DNA from: Candidatus Flemingiibacterium sp.
GTDB taxonomy: Bacteria; Bacillota; Clostridia; Oscillospirales; CAG-272
Direction of reading: 5' to 3'
DNA length: 64,000 nucleotides
NCBI GenBank assembly: GCA_045644145.1
Contig: JAZRGK010000080.1
Location: 65,407 to 129,406, forward strand
Below are positions 17,634 through 25,416 of the stretch, piece after piece. Under the pieces are notes generated by a model. The model did no database searches and had not been told where the DNA came from. It saw nothing but the letters and a program-made list of their open reading frames with translations. Every line of letters begins with the position of its first letter. Position 1 is the first letter of the stretch. The position numbers were made by a program, and so were the translations under genes.

Positions 17634-18991
17634 CACGGAAGATACCCAAAAGAATACTCGCGAGCCTGCTTTCTTCCATCTCTGCAGGCGTTGTGCCCCG
17701 TATGGGTGCACCCTATATCGCTATCGGAAGAGGCGAGGAGATCGAAGCTCTGCTTTCCGACTTAGAGGCGGTCAACGGCGGCGGCGGCTCTATGCGCTTT
17801 ATTATCGGTAAATACGGAAGCGGCAAGAGCTTTCTTATACAGCTTGTGCGCGGTTTTGCTATTGAGCGAGGATTTATAACGGCTGATGCAGATCTTTCGC
17901 CTGAACGCCGTATCTGCGGTTCAAAGGGTACGGGGATTGCTACCTACCGTGAGCTTATACGCAATCTTGCATCCAAATCCGCCCCCGAGGGCGGTGCGCT
18001 TGGACAGATAATCGGCAAATGGCTGTCGGATTTACAGTCTGCGGTGGCAGCGGAGGGGTATGAGATCGGAAGCGAAGCTTTTATTAAAGAGCTGACAGCA
18101 CGCATATATACCTGCACAAGGGAGCTTGAAGCGCAGATCGGCGGTTTTGATTTTGCCACTGTGCTGACTAAGTATTACAGAGCATACATGGACGGTGACG
18201 AGGAGAAAAAATCCGCCTGCATGCGTTGGCTCAGAGGGGAATATTCCAACAAGACGGAGGCCAGAAATGCTATAGGTACGGCTATCGGCGGCATTGTTGA
18301 CGACGATAATTGGTATGAGTATATCAAGCTGCTTGCGGTATTTTTCAGGAAAATCGGTTATCGGGGATTGGTGGTGTTCATTGACGAGTGCGTGAATCTC
18401 TACAAAATAGCAAACCGAATTTCCCGTGAAAACAACTACGAAAAGCTTCTTTCCATGTTCAACGATACGCTTCAGGGAAAGGCAGAGGGGCTTGCGCTGA
18501 TTTTCGGCGGCACACCTCAGTTCCTTGAAGATACAAGACGCGGACTTTTCTCCTACGAGGCCCTGAGAAGCCGACTTTCGGACGGACAGTTCCAAAAGGA
18601 GGGCGTAAAGAATCTTATCGGTCCCGTAATTCGTCTGCGCCGGCTTTCGGACGATGAGCTTTTTGCTCTTGTTGCCAGACTTACCGCGCTGCATGGTCAG
18701 AACTACTCTTGGGAACCTCGCGTTACAAATGAAGACATGCTTGCTTTTTTAAAGCTCTGCCTTGACAGGGCAGGGGCGGATACTATGATAACTCCCCGCG
18801 AGATCATACGGGACTATGTGACCGTACTAAATATTCTGATGCAGAACGAGAACTTGTCTTTTGCCGACATTGTTGGCAGTGGAATCGTAAGGCTTTCCCA
18901 TGGCGAGGATGAGGAATCGGGGCTTATCGCCGATACAGCGGATAAGTCCGGCACAGTAACGGATTTTTCAGCTATTGATATCGAAATATAA
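17621..18991 (+). CDS. sngB: DUF2791/BrxC-BrxD-type P-loop ATPase (Shango SngB-like)
   Basis: 456 aa. Walker A GKYGSGKS at aa 63-70 and Walker-B-like VVFIDE. The start overlaps the upstream stop by 13 nt. Confidence 0.7.
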   Translation: MAEMTRKIPKRILASLLSSISAGVVPRMGAPYIAIGRGEEIEALLSDLEAVNGGGGSMRFIIGKYGSGKSFLIQLVRGFAIERGFITADADLSPERRICGSKGTGIATYRELIRNLASKSAPEGGALGQIIGKWLSDLQSAVAAEGYEIGSEAFIKELTARIYTCTRELEAQIGGFDFATVLTKYYRAYMDGDEEKKSACMRWLRGEYSNKTEARNAIGTAIGGIVDDDNWYEYIKLLAVFFRKIGYRGLVVFIDECVNLYKIANRISRENNYEKLLSMFNDTLQGKAEGLALIFGGTPQFLEDTRRGLFSYEALRSRLSDGQFQKEGVKNLIGPVIRLRRLSDDELFALVARLTALHGQNYSWEPRVTNEDMLAFLKLCLDRAGADTMITPREIIRDYVTVLNILMQNENLSFADIVGSGIVRLSHGEDEESGLIADTADKSGTVTDFSAIDIEI

Positions 18992-19119
18992 GCATTTCAA
19001 CGGATGGTTGTAAAATTAAGAAAGGATATACTTCCATGAATAAGGCTGTTGAATATATGAACAAGCGATGGCTCGGTGAGCGTGTACGCATGCCGGACGA
19101 AGTTGCTGCGGTATAGACT

Positions 19120-21387
19120 ATGGCAGATAATGACATTTTCTACCGATTCTCGCCGTTTATCCAGGATTTTATATACAGAAACGGTTGGCAGGATCTGCGC
19201 GCGGTACAGCTTGCGGCGGCAGAGGTTCTTTTTGACACAGACAAAAATCTGCTTATCACATCATCTACCGCATCCGGAAAAACCGAAGCGGCATTCTTCC
19301 CCATAATCTCGCAGATGTATGAGGATATGCCGAGGAGCGTAGGAGTGCTGTATATTGCGCCTTTGAAAAGCCTTATAAACGACCAATTTTCAAGACTCGA
19401 TGAGCTTCTTGATATGACGGGGATTCCGGTCTTCCATTGGCATGGTGACGTTGCCGCGTCCCATAAAAATAAGCTTCTTAATGAGCCGAGAGGAATACTT
19501 CAGATAACTCCGGAGTCCCTTGAAAGCATGCTTATGAACCGCTCCAACGATTTTGTGCGGCTTTTCGGCGATCTCCGCTATGTGGTTATCGACGAAATAC
19601 ACACGCTTACCGGCACGGACAGAGGAAATCAGATAATTTGTCAGCTTGTGCGCCTTGCAAGGCTTATCGGACACACGCCAAGGCGAATCGGTCTTTCCGC
19701 TACTGTAGGCGATGCCGTACTTGCGGCAAAATGGCTTGGGGGCGGAACGGATAGGGAAACGGCTGTCCCCGAAATAATCGAGGGAAAAGCAAAATGGCGG
19801 CTTGGGATGGAGCATTTCTTCATTCAAAATGACAGCTTTGACCAAAGTAGTGATTTCTCTATGGGAGATGTATCGGAAGAATCAGGTTCGCCTGAGGCTG
19901 AGCCGTCCCACGGCAGGGTAGAGATAGACTCTGGGTATGAGTATATCTACGACTGCGCCAAAAATAAAAAGGCGATCATATTTTCAAACTCCCGTGAGGA
20001 AACGGAATACGTTACCGCCACTATGCGACAAATTGCGGATAACCGTCACGAGCCTGACATTTTTCTCATTCATCACGGAAATCTTTCCGCTTCAATACGG
20101 GAAGAAGCTGAAACCAAGCTGAAAAACGATGATGAGAAATACGTTACCTGCGCCACGGTCACAATGGAGCTTGGTATAGATATCGGAAAGCTTGAGAGGA
20201 TCATACAGAATGATGCCCCAAACTCGGTTTCAAGCTTTCTCCAACGCCTTGGACGCTCCGGCAGACGTGAAGCACCGCCGGAAATGATGATGGTGTTCCG
20301 CGAGGAAAATCCTCTGCCAAATGCTCCGCTTCCCCAGCTTATTCCTTGGGGATTCTTAAGAGCTATCGCTATTGTTCAGCTCTATATAGAGGAAAAGTTT
20401 ATTGAGCCGCCGTCGGAAAAGAAGCTTCCCTTCAGTCTTGCTTTCCAACAAACCTTAAGTATACTTGCGGCGTCAGGCGAGCTGACGCCAAAACGTCTTG
20501 CGGACACTGTTCTGTCCCTGCCGGCGTTCTCACGCATGGATAGAGAAGACTACCGCACACTTATTATCAGCATGCTTCAGAACGATTTTTTAGAGCTTAC
20601 AGAAGAAAAGGGGCTTATAATCGGTCTTAAAGGCGAGCGGCTTATAAACAGCTTCAAATTCTATGCCGTATTCAAGGACAGCGAGGATTACACCGTTCGC
20701 TGTGAATCGGATGAGATCGGTACTATAACCACACCGCCGCCGGTGGGTGACAGATTTGCCCTTGCAGGACGTGTGTGGGAGGTGGAGGAGCTTGATATAC
20801 TGAGGAAGCTTATATATGTAAAACCGGTCAAGGGAAAAATGGAGGTTTCATGGCCCGGCGACTATGGGGAAATACACACGCGGATCTTGGAGCGCATGCA
20901 CCGCATACTGTGCGAGGATACCGTATATCCGTATCTTAAACCCAATGCGCAGCGCCGACTTGAAATCGTGCGGAATCTTGCTCGCAACACTGGGCTTACT
21001 TCACATTCCATCCTACCGCTTGGGGGATACACATGGTGTCTGTTCCCGTGGCTTGGTACGCGTTCCTTCCGCACACTGCGCAAATTCATTATGAATAATG
21101 CGGCGCGCTTCAAGATAACAAATATTGAGTTTGAGGGCTGTTACTATATGATGTTCAAAATGGAATCGGGCAGTGATTACGGACTTATCAAGGGGCTGTG
21201 TGACGTAATGGAGCGCGAGGGTATTGATAGATCGAAGCTTGTGAATGTAAACGAAATGCCGGTGTTTGAAAAGTACGATGACTATATTCCGGCAGAGCTT
21301 CTTCGCCGTCAGTATGCCGAGGATAAGCTGCGCACGGATGAAATAAGGTTTCGTCTGCCGCAGATACTTTCGGAATACGAGGATTAA
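19120..21387 (+). CDS. sngC: Lhr-like DEAD/DEAH-box (SF2) helicase (Shango SngC-like)
   Basis: 755 aa. Motif I SSTASGKTEA, motif II VVIDEIH, motif III LSAT, motif VI QRLGRSGRR, plus a long C-terminal domain. Confidence 0.8.
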   Translation: MADNDIFYRFSPFIQDFIYRNGWQDLRAVQLAAAEVLFDTDKNLLITSSTASGKTEAAFFPIISQMYEDMPRSVGVLYIAPLKSLINDQFSRLDELLDMTGIPVFHWHGDVAASHKNKLLNEPRGILQITPESLESMLMNRSNDFVRLFGDLRYVVIDEIHTLTGTDRGNQIICQLVRLARLIGHTPRRIGLSATVGDAVLAAKWLGGGTDRETAVPEIIEGKAKWRLGMEHFFIQNDSFDQSSDFSMGDVSEESGSPEAEPSHGRVEIDSGYEYIYDCAKNKKAIIFSNSREETEYVTATMRQIADNRHEPDIFLIHHGNLSASIREEAETKLKNDDEKYVTCATVTMELGIDIGKLERIIQNDAPNSVSSFLQRLGRSGRREAPPEMMMVFREENPLPNAPLPQLIPWGFLRAIAIVQLYIEEKFIEPPSEKKLPFSLAFQQTLSILAASGELTPKRLADTVLSLPAFSRMDREDYRTLIISMLQNDFLELTEEKGLIIGLKGERLINSFKFYAVFKDSEDYTVRCESDEIGTITTPPPVGDRFALAGRVWEVEELDILRKLIYVKPVKGKMEVSWPGDYGEIHTRILERMHRILCEDTVYPYLKPNAQRRLEIVRNLARNTGLTSHSILPLGGYTWCLFPWLGTRSFRTLRKFIMNNAARFKITNIEFEGCYYMMFKMESGSDYGLIKGLCDVMEREGIDRSKLVNVNEMPVFEKYDDYIPAELLRRQYAEDKLRTDEIRFRLPQILSEYED

Positions 21388-21659
21388 CCGCGGCGCTTTA
21401 TCTCTATATCCAGTGCCATCGTTCCGCCTATGGTAAGCAAAAGTGACATAAGTATGTGTTCCATTTCAAGGGCGAATGTACCGTACATGCGTGCCGCATC
21501 GTATGTATCAAGGGATGCTCTTTTAAAAACTGTTGCCACAAGCACAGCCGAAATCGGTGCAAGCAGGCGTGTGAGCATGCGGAATGCGGCAGGCGATATG
21601 CCTTCGAAAAATTTTGCTTTTTGCTGTTTCAATGTTTTGTACCTCATTTTTTGTTTCAT
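21384..21659 (-). CDS. Hypothetical small protein with two hydrophobic segments, convergent on the helicase gene
   Basis: 91-aa ORF whose stop codon overlaps the helicase stop. No clear SD sequence, so it may not be coding. Confidence 0.3.
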   Translation of the reverse strand: MKQKMRYKTLKQQKAKFFEGISPAAFRMLTRLLAPISAVLVATVFKRASLDTYDAARMYGTFALEMEHILMSLLLTIGGTMALDIEIKRRG

Positions 21660-21773
21660 ATATCTATTGTAACATAAATGAGTAGAAATTTCATCAATCG
21701 GATTATGGAAGCCTTGCCTTTGATTGTCCGTTTTCGGACGGCAGGTTTCATATATCCTGAGAGGGGGATTATT

Positions 21774-22568
21774 ATGGGAAATTCACGGATCGGAATATCA
21801 AGCGCCTGCTTCTATCCTGAAGAAACGCTTGATTCCATAAAAAAATGCATAGATCTCGGTTTTGCCAATATTGAGATATTCATGAACAGCTTTTCGGAGC
21901 TTGAAGAACCGTATCTTAAGAGAATAGACACGCTTTGCAAGGGAAACGGCGTGAAAGTCACATCGATTCACCCATTTACGTCGGGTTTTGAGTATATGTA
22001 CTTCTTCTCCGCATACAAGAAGCGTGCAAAGGATTCTATCGACTATTTCTATCGCAAGTATTTCTATGCTGCGGCATATTTGGGGGCAGATTATTTCGTT
22101 TTCCACGGTGATTCTCTGAAAACTCCGTTTTTCGGTATGGACAACTACTGCGAGGTGCTGTCTATGCTTATGGAAGCAGCAAAAAGCGAGGGAGTAACCC
22201 TTATTCACGAAAATGTATCCGCGACCAAGGCAGGAAATCCCGATTTTATGAAAGAGATACATGATCGTTTCGGCGTTGGCGGAATAAAGTTTGTTTTTGA
22301 TCTTAAGCAAACCGTCAGGGGCGGTTATGATCCTCATAAGATGCTTGATGCAATGGGTGACGACATTGTTCATGTGCATATTAACGATTGGTTTGACGGT
22401 GAGTGCCGCTTGCCTTACGCCGGTGCTCTCGATGTTGATGAGATAATATCACGACTTGAATCCGACGGCTATAACGGTAAGTATATAATAGAGGTTTATC
22501 GCCAGAATTTCAAGCATGAATCGGAGATTTCCGGGGCGGCAAGGCTGCTTCGGGAGAGAGGCTTATAG
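21774..22568 (+). CDS. Sugar-phosphate isomerase/epimerase (xylose-isomerase-like TIM barrel)
   Basis: Trimmed to the ATG at 21774, after GAGGGGG. Begins MGNSRIGISSACFYPEE; contains FVFHG and IHENV motifs typical of AP-endonuclease-2/TIM family proteins. Confidence 0.75.
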   Translation: MGNSRIGISSACFYPEETLDSIKKCIDLGFANIEIFMNSFSELEEPYLKRIDTLCKGNGVKVTSIHPFTSGFEYMYFFSAYKKRAKDSIDYFYRKYFYAAAYLGADYFVFHGDSLKTPFFGMDNYCEVLSMLMEAAKSEGVTLIHENVSATKAGNPDFMKEIHDRFGVGGIKFVFDLKQTVRGGYDPHKMLDAMGDDIVHVHINDWFDGECRLPYAGALDVDEIISRLESDGYNGKYIIEVYRQNFKHESEISGAARLLRERGL

Positions 22569-22583
22569 TATATTCGGCTGAAG

Positions 22584-22616
22584 GAGTCACCGGATTTCCC
22601 GGTGGCTCTTTTTTGC
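22584..22616 (+). terminator. Intrinsic terminator after the isomerase gene
   Basis: agtcaccgg / ccggtggct stem followed by TTTTTT. Confidence 0.7.
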
Positions 22617-22756
22617 ATTATCACCATAGTTATTTACCGTTATTTATATGAATTTCGTCACCCTATTACATTGACCAAAAAACGTACTGAATAATCAGCG
22701 AAATTACCAATTGACTTTTTAACACAGATACTATATAATAGATATTGCACGGTCAA

Positions 22757-22808
22757 AATACTATATCTTGTGGTATTTGCTTTTTTTGAATACTATATTT
22801 TGTGGTAT
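22757..22808 (+). promoter_or_regulatory. Tandem NrdR boxes upstream of nrdD
   Basis: Two near-identical boxes, AATACTATATCTTGTGGTAT (22757-22776) and AATACTATATTTTGTGGTAT (22789-22808), lie 32 bp apart. They resemble the NrdR-box consensus (acaCwAtATaTwGtgt). Confidence 0.7.
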
Positions 22809-22884
22809 CGTGCCGATTTTAGACCACAGCCCTGTTTGATATATACGGGCAATACACATACATATTTTGTGAAGGAGATACACC

Positions 22885-25224
22885 ATGATTACCAAGATAA
22901 TCAAGCGTGACGGACGCGAAGCTCCGTTCAATATCGAGAAGATCGCACATGCTATATTCATGGCTGCGGAAGCTGTTGGCGGACATGATTACGGTACTGC
23001 CATGAACCTTGCATGCAAGGTTGCCGAAACTCTTGAGGCGGAGTGCGGCGAGCAGTGCACACCTACCGTTGAACAGATTCAGGATACGGTTGAAAAGGTG
23101 CTTGTAAATAACGGTCATGCGCGTACAGCCAAGGAGTTCATTCTTTACAGAGCACAGCGCACAAGAGTACGCGAAATGAACACCAAGCTTATGAAGACCT
23201 ACGAGGACCTTACCTTCAAGGCGGCTAAGGATTCCGATATCAAGCGCGAGAATGCCAATATCAACGGCGATACCGCTATGGGTACTATGCTCAAATACGG
23301 TTCCGAGGGTGCTAAGCAGTTCTACGAGATGTATATTCTCGACCCCGTACACGCAAAGGCGCACAATGAGGGCGATATACATATTCACGATATGGACTTC
23401 CTTACCCTTACCACCACCTGCTGTCAGATAGATATTCTGAAGCTGTTTGAAAAGGGCTTCTCCACCGGACACGGTTTTCTCCGTGCCCCCAACGACATCG
23501 CAAGCTATTCGGCTCTTGCCTGCATTGCGATTCAGTCCAATCAGAACGATCAGCACGGCGGTCAGTCCATACCTAACTTTGAGTACGGCATGGCTCCGGG
23601 GGTAAAAAAGACTTATAAGAAGCATTACAGAAAGAATCTTGCGAAAGCTCTCGAGCTTCTCTGCGGTGTTGAGGATGCAGATAATACCGCAAGAGCACTG
23701 CTTGATTCTCTTAAGAATGAGGCAACTCTTGCAAATACTTCAACATTTGTGTCCGAGATCACCTCTGTGCTTACCGAAAAGTACGGCGCAGAGAATGTTT
23801 CGCGCATTGTGGAATTTACCCGCAAGTATGCCCTTTCGGAAACCGAGCGCGCTACATATCAGGCAATGGAAGCACTTATACACAATCTTAACACTATGCA
23901 CTCCCGTGCAGGTGCGCAGATCCCGTTCAGCTCATTAAACTACGGTCTTGATACCTCTGCAGAGGGCAGACTTGTTATGAAGTCCATTCTTCTTGCTACC
24001 GAGGCAGGTCTTGGAAACGGCGAAACTCCCATATTCCCAATTCAGATACTTAAGGTTAAAGAGGGCATCAACTACAATCCCGGCGATCCGAACTACGACC
24101 TCTTCAAGCTTGCATGCAAGGTTTCCGCGAAGCGTCTGTTCCCCAACTTCTCCTTCATCGACGCTCCTTACAATCTGCGTTACTATCAGCCCGGAAGACC
24201 CGAAACCGAGGTTGCATACATGGGCTGCCGTACCCGCGTAATGGCGAACGTGTACGATAAGGACAATGAAGTTGTGACCGGAAGAGGAAACCTCAGCTTC
24301 ACATCAATAAATCTTCCCAGAATCGCTATTAATGCCAAGGGTAACATTGATTGGTTCTTCGATGAGCTTGACCGCAAAATCAGCATTGTATTCGATCAGC
24401 TTCTTGACCGATTCAAGATTCAGTCCGAGAAGACTGTACGTAACTATCCGTTCCTAATGGGACAGGGAATATGGCTCGGTTCGGACAAGCTTGGTATAGA
24501 CGACAAGGTCGGTGAGGTGCTGAAGCATGGTACACTGACAGTTGGATTCATCGGTCTTGCAGAGTGCCTGAAGGCGCTTACCGGTAAGCATCACGGTGAG
24601 TCGAAAGATGCGCAGAATCTCGGTCTTGAAATAATCGGCTTTATGCGTAAGCGTGCTGACGAAGCCGCAAAGAAGTACGGACTGAATTTCAGTGTCATCG
24701 GAACTCCCGCAGAGGGTCTTTCGGGAAGATTTGTGCGTATGGACAAGAAGAAGTTCGGCGAAATCAAGGGCGTAACCGACCGCGACTATTATACCAACTC
24801 CTTCCATGTTCCCGTATACTATCCCATTTCCGCAAACGAGAAGATCAAGCTTGAGGCACCCTATCATGAGCTTACAAACGCAGGTCACATCACCTACGTT
24901 GAGCTTGACGGTGATCCGATGGAGAACCTTGACGCATTCGAGCAGGTTATCCGCTGCATGAAGGAATCCGGCGTAGGTTACGGCTCTATCAATCACCCTG
25001 TAGACCGCGATCCCGTTTGCGGCTACACGGGCATCATTGGTAACGAGTGCCCCTGCTGTGGCCGTACCGAGGATGACGGAAAGGGTAAGTTCGAGCGTAT
25101 CCGCCGTATTACCGGTTATCTTGTAGGTACGCTTGACAGCTTCAACGACGCAAAACGCTCCGAGGTTGACGACAGAGTTAAGCACTCAGTTGCCGCAACC
25201 GCTGAGGATGAGCTGTTTAATTAA
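22885..25224 (+). CDS. nrdD: Anaerobic ribonucleoside-triphosphate reductase (class III)
   Basis: 779 aa. N-terminal ATP-cone (MITKIIKRDGREAPFNIEKI), a C-terminal Cys cluster (CGYTGIIGNECPCCG) and the glycyl-radical motif RIRRITGYLVG. Confidence 0.95.
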   Translation: MITKIIKRDGREAPFNIEKIAHAIFMAAEAVGGHDYGTAMNLACKVAETLEAECGEQCTPTVEQIQDTVEKVLVNNGHARTAKEFILYRAQRTRVREMNTKLMKTYEDLTFKAAKDSDIKRENANINGDTAMGTMLKYGSEGAKQFYEMYILDPVHAKAHNEGDIHIHDMDFLTLTTTCCQIDILKLFEKGFSTGHGFLRAPNDIASYSALACIAIQSNQNDQHGGQSIPNFEYGMAPGVKKTYKKHYRKNLAKALELLCGVEDADNTARALLDSLKNEATLANTSTFVSEITSVLTEKYGAENVSRIVEFTRKYALSETERATYQAMEALIHNLNTMHSRAGAQIPFSSLNYGLDTSAEGRLVMKSILLATEAGLGNGETPIFPIQILKVKEGINYNPGDPNYDLFKLACKVSAKRLFPNFSFIDAPYNLRYYQPGRPETEVAYMGCRTRVMANVYDKDNEVVTGRGNLSFTSINLPRIAINAKGNIDWFFDELDRKISIVFDQLLDRFKIQSEKTVRNYPFLMGQGIWLGSDKLGIDDKVGEVLKHGTLTVGFIGLAECLKALTGKHHGESKDAQNLGLEIIGFMRKRADEAAKKYGLNFSVIGTPAEGLSGRFVRMDKKKFGEIKGVTDRDYYTNSFHVPVYYPISANEKIKLEAPYHELTNAGHITYVELDGDPMENLDAFEQVIRCMKESGVGYGSINHPVDRDPVCGYTGIIGNECPCCGRTEDDGKGKFERIRRITGYLVGTLDSFNDAKRSEVDDRVKHSVAATAEDELFN

Positions 25225-25246
25225 AATAGAACCTATTATTAAACCA

Positions 25247-25345
25247 CACCGCCGAGAGTAACCGTAACGGTCGCTCTCGGCGGCTTTGTTATAGACTGAT
25301 TTACAATTTTATGATATAATTATTTTAATTCCCCCAACCTTTTCA
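25247..25345 (+). repeat. Terminator-promoter cassette, copy A
   Basis: Hairpin ccgccgagag...ctctcggcgg (25249-25283), then tttgttatagactgatttacaattttaTGaTATAAT (TATAAT at 25315-25320) and ccaacctttt. Near-identical to copy B. Confidence 0.85.
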
Positions 25346-25416
25346 TTATGATTTGTGTCTAAAAGACAAGCGCTTAGAAAATGGAAATTTCCGATTTCAG
25401 AGAAAGGAGAGTGCAT

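Noticed and set aside
22819-25185. Reverse-strand ORFs of 268 aa (22819-23625) and 243 aa (24454-25185) within nrdD.
   Set aside because: The forward frame is unmistakably NrdD (ATP-cone, glycyl-radical motif). The reverse ORFs are shadow frames.
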